Assembly: GCA_002328075.1 (NCBI GenBank)
Contig: DCVT01000044.1
Coordinates: forward strand, 260,969 to 324,968
DNA from: Anaerolineales bacterium UBA2181
GTDB taxonomy: Bacteria > Chloroflexota > Anaerolineae > Promineifilales > UBA4811
Direction: 5' to 3'
Length of the DNA: 64,000 bases
A program made the position numbers and the translations under genes. The stretch's first letter is position 1; each line of letters opens with the position of its first letter. Below the pieces are notes generated by a model. That model made no database searches. It had not been told where the DNA came from and saw only the letters and a list, made by a program, of their open reading frames with translations. Positions 34,014 to 42,641 of the stretch are shown in pieces.

Positions 34014-34501
34014 CGGATCAGTCTCTTGTACATAACCAGTTCATTTCCCCCCTCGCCAAACTGGAACTCGATCCGGTCCATGCTCTTGCGCATAAAGTGG
34101 ATGCCCAACCCACCCACCTGCAGCGCCTCAACGTTCGAGGTCGGGCGGGGCGGAAGGATGACATCGGGATCAAAGGGTTTGCCCTGGTCCCGCAGTCGGA
34201 CAATGAAATACCCCGTCCCCTCTACAACTCGAGTGCCACAGGCTACTTCAATTTGGTCATTGCCTTCGCCCCCGTACGCGTGTTCCACTATATTGGTGCA
34301 GGCCTCATCCACCGCCAGTTCCACGTGGAACAGCGCCTCCTCATCCAGGCCAGCCAGCCGGGCCGCGCGCAGAACGAACTCCTCGATATCCGCAATGCTG
34401 GCAAACCGGGCAGGAGCAACGAACCGCTGTTCGTCCAATTTGAACCGCGTACCGCCAAAAAAAGCCGGGGTGGACCCGGCGCCACCCCGACATCGAGCCA
34501 C
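34010..34501 (-). CDS. RsbW/SpoIIAB-like anti-sigma serine kinase (HATPase_c_2)
   Basis: FHVELAVDEACTNIVEHAYGGEG (N-box) and GGLGIHFMRKSMD (G-box). Confidence 0.85.
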   Translation of the reverse strand: MARCRGGAGSTPAFFGGTRFKLDEQRFVAPARFASIADIEEFVLRAARLAGLDEEALFHVELAVDEACTNIVEHAYGGEGNDQIEVACGTRVVEGTGYFIVRLRDQGKPFDPDVILPPRPTSNVEALQVGGLGIHFMRKSMDRIEFQFGEGGNELVMYKRLIR

Positions 34502-34507
34502 CGTCGC

Positions 34508-34846
34508 TCAGAAACTCCCGACCGCACCCACCTGGTCGGCAAATACCTTGAAGACCTGATCCAATCCGGCTAACTCCAGGACCTCTTCTGCTTTGGTAGA
34601 GGGAGCAGCCAACCGCAGGTCCCCGCCAGATAGCGGTTTTTGGACCTCACGAAGGCAGGATACCATCGCCCGCAATCCGGCACTACTTAGGTACTCAACC
34701 CCAGACAGGTCCAGAACAATCCGTGTCCGCCGGTTGTCAACCAGACCCCTCAGCACTTGATCAAGCTTTGGGGCCGTACTGCTATCCACCCGGCCGGCTA
34801 CTTGAACAACATCTACGTCCTTTAGTTCGCGTGTTGTGATTTCCAT
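34508..34846 (-). CDS. STAS-domain anti-sigma-factor antagonist, copy 1
   Basis: RIVLDLSGVEYLSSAGLRAMVSCLREVQK...VLELAGLDQVFKVF, with the phosphorylatable Ser in the SSAGL context. Confidence 0.9.
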   Translation of the reverse strand: MEITTRELKDVDVVQVAGRVDSSTAPKLDQVLRGLVDNRRTRIVLDLSGVEYLSSAGLRAMVSCLREVQKPLSGGDLRLAAPSTKAEEVLELAGLDQVFKVFADQVGAVGSF

Positions 34847-34893
34847 GGGGGCCTTCTCCTCAATGCATACTGGTCCATCTCCCTAGCAATTCG

Positions 34894-34902
34894 ATTATAC
34901 CA
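34894..34902 (-). promoter_or_regulatory. extended -10 (TGGTATAAT) for the partner-switching operon
   Basis: The reverse complement of 34894-34902 is TGGTATAAT, about 48 nt upstream of ATG 34846, which has a GGAGAAGG SD. Confidence 0.45.
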
Positions 34903-34945
34903 CAAGCGCATTCTTTTGCAGCCAGTTTGCGCCCGGTTCAGCACC

Positions 34946-34954
34946 TGATACAAT
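34946..34954 (+). promoter_or_regulatory. extended -10 (TGATACAAT) for the membrane-module operon
   Basis: TGATACAAT at 34946-34954, 13 nt before ATG 34968. No SD. Confidence 0.4.
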
Positions 34955-34967
34955 TGCGTGAAACGCG

Positions 34968-36605
34968 ATGCCGAGCGCGTTTCTTGTCATGATAGATCAC
35001 GCGGTAATCCTGCTCTTACTACCCTCCAGCATCCTACTCTTCGGTGCCGGCCTGTTGGCTGTGGTCCCTGTCGACAAGCTGCCTGTGCTCCACCAACGGC
35101 GCCCATGGGTGGTAGCCGCACTGCTGGGAGCGACTCTCATCCTCCTGGCAGTCAATCCAAACAGGAGCAGCGGCGAATGGCAGCTGACACCCGGAACTCT
35201 TTTGGGCTCGCTGACCCCTTCGTTAGCCATCCGGGCCAACGGTGCCGGCCGGTGGCTAGGTTTGGCTTTGGTGTTGACCAGCCTGTCGGCGGTGTTGGGC
35301 GGCATTGGTCGAAAATCCATCCCAGACTCGGCCGGGCAGTCGGGCGACGCAGCCGACTGGTCGATCCTTCTTGTCCTGGCGGCAGTATGCCTTCTATGCC
35401 TCCTGCCGTCTAACCTGTACACCCTGGCGTTAATCTGGACTGCACTGGATGGTGTTACGGGCGCTGCCTGGTTACTGACCACTCGCCGCCAACAGGGACC
35501 GCTGATCCATTGGGGAGCCGGGGCCGCCGGGACGCTGGCACTCTGGTGCGCCGCGCTGTCGATGCAGGCCGGTCTGACGTCTCAATCGCTGCCGATTCCC
35601 ACGGTGGAGCCTGGGTGGACAGGCACCGCCTTGGTACTTGCTGGCACCTTGCGACTGGCCCCTTTCCCATTCCACCTCGGACGGCCGCACCTGGCGACCG
35701 ATCTGTTCCGTAACCCAGCCCTCAAGACCGCCCTGCAGATTCTCCCGTTGTCATCCGGCGCGTGGCTGTTGGCTCAGGTCCCGGGCACAGACTTCGTGCC
35801 CTTTTTCCCGCAGCAGTTCATCACCACCCTCCTGTTGACAGGGCTCGTCGGCAGTGGCCTTCTCGCGTGGTTACCGGGCGAGGAAATTCGAGCAGTCCGT
35901 TGGGTAGTGCGGGGACAAGCCGCGATGACAGTCCTGGCCTGCATCTGGGCCGGCCCAGAGGCTGCCCTGGCACAGGGCATGGTCTTGGTCCTGGCCGGCG
36001 GTCTCATCCTCGTGAGCGCGGATAGCCAGGAGACTCCACCAGAACAAAAAGTACTGGCGGGCATGGCTATTGCGGCATTGGCCGGTATTCCCCTTACGTG
36101 GGGCGGCATTGGGCGGTTCGCGCTCTATCAGCGCTGGCTGGCCAGCCCATGGGGGTTATACCTGTTCCTGGCGGCCGGCGCATGGCTGTTGCTCCTCGGC
36201 GCGGCGGGACGCCCGCTGTTCCGCACCTCATCGCCGGGCGTCGCGCGTCAGACGAGAATCGTTGCAGGATTGACCAATGCGCTGCTGGTTGTAGGTCTCC
36301 TGGCAGCACCAGGAGCGGCCGCAAGCGCTTGGGCATGGCTGGCAATCATCCTGCCCCTGGCAGCAGGTGGGATCCTGGCCAAGGAAGCTCGCTCGCTGCA
36401 GCCGCTTCAGCAGCAGCTGGAGAACCGACTGCACCCCGTCCTAGCGCTCCACTGGTTGCGGCGGGCGGCCGGACGGCTGGCGGCTGCCATTGGTCGAGCA
36501 GCCAACGCGGTCCATCAAACGCTGGAAGGCGAAGGGGCTGTCTTGTGGCTGCTCGTGCTCCTGGCGCTGGCCTGGCTTTTGCTTGGTTCCACCTCCCCCG
36601 GATAA
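34968..36605 (+). CDS. polytopic membrane protein, remote NuoL/HyfB/MrpA-type antiporter-like subunit
   Basis: 545 aa with at least 14 hydrophobic helices. SNLYTLALIWTALDG parallels the NLxxLfxxWE block, and TLRLAPFPFHLGRPHL parallels KxxxxPFHxWLPxA. The conserved Glu and Lys positions are substituted. Confidence 0.55.
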   Translation: MPSAFLVMIDHAVILLLLPSSILLFGAGLLAVVPVDKLPVLHQRRPWVVAALLGATLILLAVNPNRSSGEWQLTPGTLLGSLTPSLAIRANGAGRWLGLALVLTSLSAVLGGIGRKSIPDSAGQSGDAADWSILLVLAAVCLLCLLPSNLYTLALIWTALDGVTGAAWLLTTRRQQGPLIHWGAGAAGTLALWCAALSMQAGLTSQSLPIPTVEPGWTGTALVLAGTLRLAPFPFHLGRPHLATDLFRNPALKTALQILPLSSGAWLLAQVPGTDFVPFFPQQFITTLLLTGLVGSGLLAWLPGEEIRAVRWVVRGQAAMTVLACIWAGPEAALAQGMVLVLAGGLILVSADSQETPPEQKVLAGMAIAALAGIPLTWGGIGRFALYQRWLASPWGLYLFLAAGAWLLLLGAAGRPLFRTSSPGVARQTRIVAGLTNALLVVGLLAAPGAAASAWAWLAIILPLAAGGILAKEARSLQPLQQQLENRLHPVLALHWLRRAAGRLAAAIGRAANAVHQTLEGEGAVLWLLVLLALAWLLLGSTSPG

Positions 36606-36609
36606 GCTG

Positions 36610-37281
36610 ATGCCCGGCCTTCCGACCCTTCCTGAGCTCTTGCAGCCGCTGGCTTTTCTGGGCGAGCAACCGGCGGCTGTTGCCACCCTGCTGACTGCGT
36701 TGATCATGATCATCATCGAAGACTGGCGCTGGTCTCTCTTTGCCCTGGCAGCACAGTACATCCTTGCAGGTTGGCTGCTGACCAACGCACTGGAAACGCA
36801 GGTAGCGGCACTCAAGGTGTTGGTGGGCATGATGATCTGCCTTGTGCTCTATATCACAGCCAGGCAGATCGATTCCAGCCGCGGGACCGCTCAGGCGTGC
36901 GGAGGCAAACCTCGGTTCGCCCGCATGGGACTGCCCTTCCGGTTGCTCATCGGCCTGTTGACAAGCATTGTGGTCCTTTATGTCACTAGCAACGGAACGG
37001 TTCGGCTGCCTGTGGTCCCGGAGCACGTCAACCTGGCAGCAGTCGGCCTCATGACCATGGGTCTGTTAGCCCTGGGCTTGAATGAGGAACCGTTGGCGGC
37101 CGGAATGGGATTGCTTACCGCCATCACCGGCTTTGAGCTCTTTTACCATTCACTGGAACAGGCCGTTACGGTCATTGGGTTCGTGGTGGCTTTGGATTTC
37201 CTGATTGCCACTGTGACTGCGTACTTGACGGTAGCCCATCACTGGACACCAGAAGACGCCGAGCGAGGAAAGCTGACGTGA
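36610..37281 (+). CDS. small polytopic membrane protein (HyfE/NuoK-like by size and position; weak)
   Basis: ATG 36610 lies 4 nt after the upstream stop. 223 aa with about six helices, located between two antiporter-like subunits as HyfE is in hyf operons. Confidence 0.5.
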   Translation: MPGLPTLPELLQPLAFLGEQPAAVATLLTALIMIIIEDWRWSLFALAAQYILAGWLLTNALETQVAALKVLVGMMICLVLYITARQIDSSRGTAQACGGKPRFARMGLPFRLLIGLLTSIVVLYVTSNGTVRLPVVPEHVNLAAVGLMTMGLLALGLNEEPLAAGMGLLTAITGFELFYHSLEQAVTVIGFVVALDFLIATVTAYLTVAHHWTPEDAERGKLT

Positions 37282-38684
37282 TTCCCGCCCCCTTGGTCCT
37301 GGTCGGCGGACCGCTGGTCATTGCCAGCGTCGTCTACCTGGTTCGCCGGTTATCAGCCATCGCCGCGTTGCTTAGTGCCTCCACAGCTTTGGCGGTGGCG
37401 TGGTTGGCCGGGAGCGTTCCAACCTCCGCTGGAGCGTCCACTCTGAGCGGCTGGGTGGCTGGTGGCCCGTGGGTAGTTCTGGGCCGGACGTTAGAGGTTA
37501 CATCCGGCGTGCAGGCACCGCTAATTGCCATCTCACTGGTCACCGCGGTGCTGTTGCTCTTGGCCGTGCGTCTGCAGCCAGGTGGCATCTTTTTCCCCGG
37601 ATTGCTGGCGTGGCTGGGCGTTGCCGCGGCGGTCCTGGTGACCCAAACCTTTACCTTTCGTGTGCTCCTGGTCGAGGTGGCCGTAGGCTTGACCACCATG
37701 TTGCTCCAGGGTACCCGGTTTGGTTCAACCCGCGGGGCCTGGCGCTTCTTTCTCTTTTCCACCATGGCTATGCCCCTTTTGTTGGTGGCAAGTTGGCAGA
37801 TTGATTTTCAAACTGCCAATCCAGCGCAGGTCGAACTCTTGGACCCGGCTGTTTTGTTGCTCACCTTGGGTTTTACAATCTACCTTTCAGCCGCTCCCTT
37901 TCACCTGTGGATGGCACCGGCGGCCACTGAGGCAGAGACCGTGAGCCAAGTTGTGGCCCTGAGCCTTTTTCCGATGCTGACGTTGAGCGTCATCGTTCAA
38001 GCATTCGAGCGATATCCCTGGTTCGCCAGTAGTACAACGCCATACCAGTGGTTCACGTTCGTAGGCATCTTGACGGCCGCGCTGGGCACCGTGCTGGCTT
38101 TTCATGCTCGCAATTTCGGCCGCATCAGCAGCTACAGCTTGATGGTAGACACCGGCGCCGTGCTGCTTCTGTTGGGAACTGCCACCCAATTGGGCCTCAT
38201 CTGCGCCTGGGCACTGCTATTATCTCGAGCGGTCAGCTTGGTGGTGTGGGCAGCCGGGTTGTGCGTCATCCGGCGCCGGACCCAATCCGATCAGGTGGAC
38301 ACAGCCACGAGCGTCGGTTGGGATCTGCGGTTGGCAACCGCCGTCCTGGTCTTGGGCGGGTTGTCGCTGGCGGGCTTTCCGCTGACCCCTGGGTTCGCTG
38401 CGCGATGGATGGCGTTAGGCTTGTTGGCGCGAGCGCAGCCAAGTACTGCCCTACTGCTGTTGCTGGGAACCGCGAGTTCTGCCGCTGGTGTGCTCTATGC
38501 CGCCAGAGTGCTCCTTGCGCTTGGGCCACACAGCGCCGAACCGGCCCCAGCCGAGCGGTGGCAGTGGGTGAACACGGTGGCTCTGCTCCTGGTGATAGCC
38601 GGAGCGGTTCTGCTGTCGCTGTATCCCAATCCGTTGTTATCCGCAGCTGCCGGCACATCTGGGACAGCCACTTACTTCCCATGA
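37278..38684 (+). CDS. NuoN/HyfF/MrpD-type antiporter-like membrane subunit (divergent)
   Basis: GTGA overlap with the upstream gene. 468 aa, polytopic. IYLSAAPFHLWMAPAATEAETVSQVVAL parallels the family block KxGxxPFHxWxPDxxEGAPTPVSA, with Ser in place of the Lys. Confidence 0.65.
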   Translation: MIPAPLVLVGGPLVIASVVYLVRRLSAIAALLSASTALAVAWLAGSVPTSAGASTLSGWVAGGPWVVLGRTLEVTSGVQAPLIAISLVTAVLLLLAVRLQPGGIFFPGLLAWLGVAAAVLVTQTFTFRVLLVEVAVGLTTMLLQGTRFGSTRGAWRFFLFSTMAMPLLLVASWQIDFQTANPAQVELLDPAVLLLTLGFTIYLSAAPFHLWMAPAATEAETVSQVVALSLFPMLTLSVIVQAFERYPWFASSTTPYQWFTFVGILTAALGTVLAFHARNFGRISSYSLMVDTGAVLLLLGTATQLGLICAWALLLSRAVSLVVWAAGLCVIRRRTQSDQVDTATSVGWDLRLATAVLVLGGLSLAGFPLTPGFAARWMALGLLARAQPSTALLLLLGTASSAAGVLYAARVLLALGPHSAEPAPAERWQWVNTVALLLVIAGAVLLSLYPNPLLSAAAGTSGTATYFP

Positions 38685-38693
38685 GCCATCAAG

Positions 38694-40415
38694 GTGTATT
38701 TCGACGCTCTCACGGTAGCGGCCGTCGCCGATGAGCTCAGGGCGACCGTGGTTGGGGGACGGGTACAGCGGATAGTTGAGGTCGACCCGTTGAGCCTGGG
38801 CCTGGAGATATTTGCCGGCGGAACGCGTCACTACCTCCTATTATCGGCTGATCCACGCTACCCTCGGGTTTACCTGACGGACCACAAACTGCGGCGGGGC
38901 GCGGAAACCAGCTCGCCGGTGCTGTTGTTAGCGCGCAAATACATCCACATGGGGCGGCTGGTTGCGGTTGATCAACCACCCTTTGAACGCGTCCTCTCAT
39001 TGCGTTTCAGCGGCCCGGAGGGCGAGTGCGAACTGCTGGCCGAATTGATGGAACGGAGGGCGAACATCATCCTGGCACAGGACGGATTCGTCCTGGATGC
39101 CGTGCAGCGCGTCAGTGCCGAAATGAACCGTTACCGGACAGTTATGCCCAACCGACCCTACGTGCCCCCACCCCCGCAGGCCAAGCTGGATCCCACCGAT
39201 GTAACCGAGTACCAGCTGCGCCGGATTCTGGCAGAGGCTCCAGCCAGAGAGCCGTTGTGGCGCGCACTGGTGGCGCGAGTGACGGGCGTCAGTCCCATCT
39301 TGGGTCGCGAAATCGCTTTTCGTGCCACCGGAGACGCGGGTGCCACTGCCTCAAGCTGCTCGTGCATCTCACCGTTGTTGGACGCTTTTGAGCTGGCCCT
39401 CATCCCCTATTGGGAACACAGATGGCAGCCAACCGTTCAGGTGGACCCAACCGGCTCCGTGACAGCGTTCGCGCCCTACCCGCTCACCCATATGCCGTCA
39501 GCAGAAACCACGCCCACCATCAGCCAGGCCTTGGTGCGTTTTTATCGCCCGCTGCTAGACGGAGATGCGTATGGCACAGCCAAAGCACCGCTGCAGGCTG
39601 TCATCCGACAAGCCAGAAGCCGGGTACTGGGCCGGCGTGATGCGCTTACCGGCCAGTTGCCGCCCGCCATAGATCTCGAACGTATGCGGCAGATGGGTGA
39701 GTTGATCTTGGCGTACGCGTCCACCATTGTCCGTGGTCAGAGCGAGTTCCGAGCGCAGTACGCTGAGGAGGACGAGAGCCTAACCATCCCGTTGAACCCG
39801 GCGCTGTCCCCAATCGCCAACGCACAGCACTATTTCCGGGAATACGAGAAAGGCAAACGGGCAACTGCCGGGATACCGCAGTTGTTGGCAGAGGCTGAAC
39901 TTGAGCTGGCCTATCTTGACCAACTGGCAACTGACCTCACGCTGTCCAACGCCTGGCCAGAGATTGACGAGGTCGCTGCTGCGCTGGAGAGCGCCGGTTA
40001 CCCCGCGACAAAACCACTCGGCCGTCCCCGCGGGACTGCTCCGGGTCCGCTGCGAGTGGTCTCCGCGGATGGGTTGGTCATCCTGGTCGGGCGCAACAGC
40101 CGCCAAAACAACACGGTCACCCGCCACCGCGCAGGTCCTCACGACCTCTGGTTGCACGCCCATGGCGTGCCCGGAGGTCACGTCGTCATCAAGAATGGTG
40201 GACAGCCAGTCCCTGACGGCACGCTCCGACAGGCTGCCCAGCTAGCCGCCTGGTACTCGGCCGCACGAGAAGAGGCAGAAGTGCAGGTCGACTATATCGA
40301 ACGCAGACACGTGCGTCGACCCAAGAGTGCCCGCGCCCTTCCCGGGTTGGTGATCTATGATGGAGCAAAAACCGTGCGGGTGAGGCCTCGGGCAAGCCAC
40401 AACACAGCACGGTGA
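38694..40415 (+). CDS. rqcH: ribosome quality-control NFACT-family protein (RqcH / FbpA-like)
   Basis: N-terminal MYFDALTVAAVADELRATVVGGRVQRI (NFACT-N). C-terminal DLWLHAHGVPGGHVVIK (NFACT-R/DUF814). Confidence 0.85.
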   Translation: MYFDALTVAAVADELRATVVGGRVQRIVEVDPLSLGLEIFAGGTRHYLLLSADPRYPRVYLTDHKLRRGAETSSPVLLLARKYIHMGRLVAVDQPPFERVLSLRFSGPEGECELLAELMERRANIILAQDGFVLDAVQRVSAEMNRYRTVMPNRPYVPPPPQAKLDPTDVTEYQLRRILAEAPAREPLWRALVARVTGVSPILGREIAFRATGDAGATASSCSCISPLLDAFELALIPYWEHRWQPTVQVDPTGSVTAFAPYPLTHMPSAETTPTISQALVRFYRPLLDGDAYGTAKAPLQAVIRQARSRVLGRRDALTGQLPPAIDLERMRQMGELILAYASTIVRGQSEFRAQYAEEDESLTIPLNPALSPIANAQHYFREYEKGKRATAGIPQLLAEAELELAYLDQLATDLTLSNAWPEIDEVAAALESAGYPATKPLGRPRGTAPGPLRVVSADGLVILVGRNSRQNNTVTRHRAGPHDLWLHAHGVPGGHVVIKNGGQPVPDGTLRQAAQLAAWYSAAREEAEVQVDYIERRHVRRPKSARALPGLVIYDGAKTVRVRPRASHNTAR

Positions 40416-40439
40416 TGGGTCGCAGTCTGGCCCGGCCGA

Positions 40440-41606
40440 TCAAAGCGATCGCACAAAACGCGCCAACCGCTCAGTGCCCTTGGAGATCGTCTGGCGGTCC
40501 GTGGCGTACGAAAAACGCACCTGCGCATCCGACCCAAAAGCAATTCCGGGCACGATTGCCACCTGGTGCTCGTCCAACAGACGGCGGCAGAACGTCATCG
40601 AATCCAGCCCTGTGGCGCTGATGTTGGGAAAGAGGTAAAAAGCTCCCCCGGGCCGATCACAGGTCAGGCCAGGGATGGACCGAATGCCATCCAACATCAG
40701 GTCACGGCGCCGTTCGAACTCCTGACGCATCGTCTCTACCTCATCCTGCGGGCCTTTTAGCGCCGCGATAGCACCATATTGGGCAAACGTGTTTGCTCCG
40801 GACGTAATATGACCCTGGATTTCGATGGCAGCCTTGATAACGTGTGCTGGACCGGCCGCATAGCCAAGTCGCCAGCCGGTGGCGGCGTATGCTTTGCTAA
40901 AGCCGTTGCAGGTAACCGTCAGATCGAACATGCGTTGGTTCAGGCTGCCGATGCTTACGTGCGATCGGCCGTCGTAAACAAGTTTCTCATAGATCTCGTC
41001 CGAAATAACCGCCACCTGGCGCGAGGCCAGGACCTCTGCCAGTCCCTCCAGCTCTTCCCGCGAGTAGATAAACCCGGTTGGGTTAGATGGCGTGTTGAGG
41101 ATCAGCAGCCGAGTTTTCTCCTGGATGGCACCGTCCAGCTGCTCTGGTGTTATCTTGAACCCAGTTCGCTCAGTCGTATTCATGAACACAGGGCGGGCGC
41201 GAGTGAGCGTCACCATGTCCGGGTAACTGACCCAGTACGGGACGGGAATCAACGCCTCGTCGCCGGGGCTCAGGATAGCCGCCAACACGTTGAACAGCGC
41301 CTGTTTGCCACCCGTGCTGACCATGACCTGATCCGGTCGGTAGCAGAGGCCATTTTCGCTTTCGAGTTTGGCGGCGATCAACTCACGCAGACGCGCCAGA
41401 CCGCCAGCCGGACCGTACCTGGTGTGCCCCGCGTCCAGGGCCGCCTTGGCTGCATCGCGGATATGACCAGGGGTGTCGAAATCGGGTTCACCCACTCCAA
41501 AATCGCAGACGTCCATGCCCGCCGATTGGAGGGCTTTGGCCTGCGCCGAGATGGCCAATGTCATGCTTGGGGTAATTGTTCGGGTACGATCTGCCAATTG
41601 AATCAT
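40440..41606 (-). CDS. class I pyridoxal-phosphate-dependent (aspartate-type) aminotransferase
   Basis: 388 aa. GEPDFDTP, SNPTGFIYS, and the PLP-Lys context NGFSKAYAATGWRLGY. Confidence 0.9.
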   Translation of the reverse strand: MIQLADRTRTITPSMTLAISAQAKALQSAGMDVCDFGVGEPDFDTPGHIRDAAKAALDAGHTRYGPAGGLARLRELIAAKLESENGLCYRPDQVMVSTGGKQALFNVLAAILSPGDEALIPVPYWVSYPDMVTLTRARPVFMNTTERTGFKITPEQLDGAIQEKTRLLILNTPSNPTGFIYSREELEGLAEVLASRQVAVISDEIYEKLVYDGRSHVSIGSLNQRMFDLTVTCNGFSKAYAATGWRLGYAAGPAHVIKAAIEIQGHITSGANTFAQYGAIAALKGPQDEVETMRQEFERRRDLMLDGIRSIPGLTCDRPGGAFYLFPNISATGLDSMTFCRRLLDEHQVAIVPGIAFGSDAQVRFSYATDRQTISKGTERLARFVRSL

Positions 41607-41623
41607 GTTCCAACCTAATCCTG

Positions 41624-42616
41624 CTAACCTAATCGCTGGCCAGGGTCAATGTCGAGGTCCCAACCAGCCCGCTCACCCGCCTGATAACGCCAATATCCGC
41701 AAGCGGCAATCATGGCTGCGTTGTCCGTGCAGTACTCAATCGGCGGAATGAGGACCGGGCGATCGGACGCAGCTTTTACGGCCTGGCGCAACGCCTGGTT
41801 CGCCGAGACGCCCCCAGCCAGAACCACCGTGCTGGCGTCGGTTTCGGCCGCCGCGCGAGCGGTCTTGGACGCCAACACCTCCACAACCGCGGCCTGAAAC
41901 GATGCCGCCAGGTCCTCGATGGGCAACGGTGGCCTGAGCTCCTGCACCTGCCGTAGCACCGCGGTTTTCAGTCCGCTGAAACTAAAGTTTAGGCCACCGT
42001 CCATCCAGGCCCGTGGGAACCGAAACGAATCGGGGTTCCCCCTTCGGGCCGATTCCTGGATCGCAGGGCCGCCTGGATACGGTAGACCCAACAGCCGGCC
42101 AACCTTGTCAAACGCCTCACCCGCCGCATCATCAATGGTCGCGCCTAATCGCTCATAATCCCCATGACCACGCATCATAACCAGTTCAGTATGACCACCC
42201 GAGACGATCAAACCTAGCAGAGGAAAGGCAACCCGGTCCGCATCTTCAGTCAACCAGGTGGCATACAGATGCGCTTCCAGATGGTTGATGCCGACAAGAG
42301 GCAAACCGCGACCGAGCGCCAGACCCTTCGCCACGTTGACTCCCACCAACAAACTGCCTGCCAGGCCGGGTCCGCAGGTTACTGCCACCCCGTCCAGGTC
42401 GTCCCATCCCAGGTGTGCCACTTCCATGGCCTCCCGGATGACCGGGTAGATCGTCTCGATGTGGGCGCGAGAGGCAACCTCCGGAAAGATCCCCCCATAT
42501 TGCGCGTGGAGGTCTATTTGCGAAGCGACAATGCTCGAAAGGACAACTCGGCCGTCCAGCACCACGGCCGCAGCCGTTTCGTCACAGGAGGTCTCAATAC
42601 CAAGGATGCGAATCAT
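41624..42616 (-). CDS. tsaD: tRNA N6-adenosine threonylcarbamoyltransferase
   Basis: MIRILGIETSCDETAAAV, HLEAHLYA and SGGHTELV are classic Kae1/TsaD motifs. Confidence 0.95.
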   Translation of the reverse strand: MIRILGIETSCDETAAAVVLDGRVVLSSIVASQIDLHAQYGGIFPEVASRAHIETIYPVIREAMEVAHLGWDDLDGVAVTCGPGLAGSLLVGVNVAKGLALGRGLPLVGINHLEAHLYATWLTEDADRVAFPLLGLIVSGGHTELVMMRGHGDYERLGATIDDAAGEAFDKVGRLLGLPYPGGPAIQESARRGNPDSFRFPRAWMDGGLNFSFSGLKTAVLRQVQELRPPLPIEDLAASFQAAVVEVLASKTARAAAETDASTVVLAGGVSANQALRQAVKAASDRPVLIPPIEYCTDNAAMIAACGYWRYQAGERAGWDLDIDPGQRLG

Positions 42617-42641
42617 GGATCGTCAACCAGGTAATGCCGTG

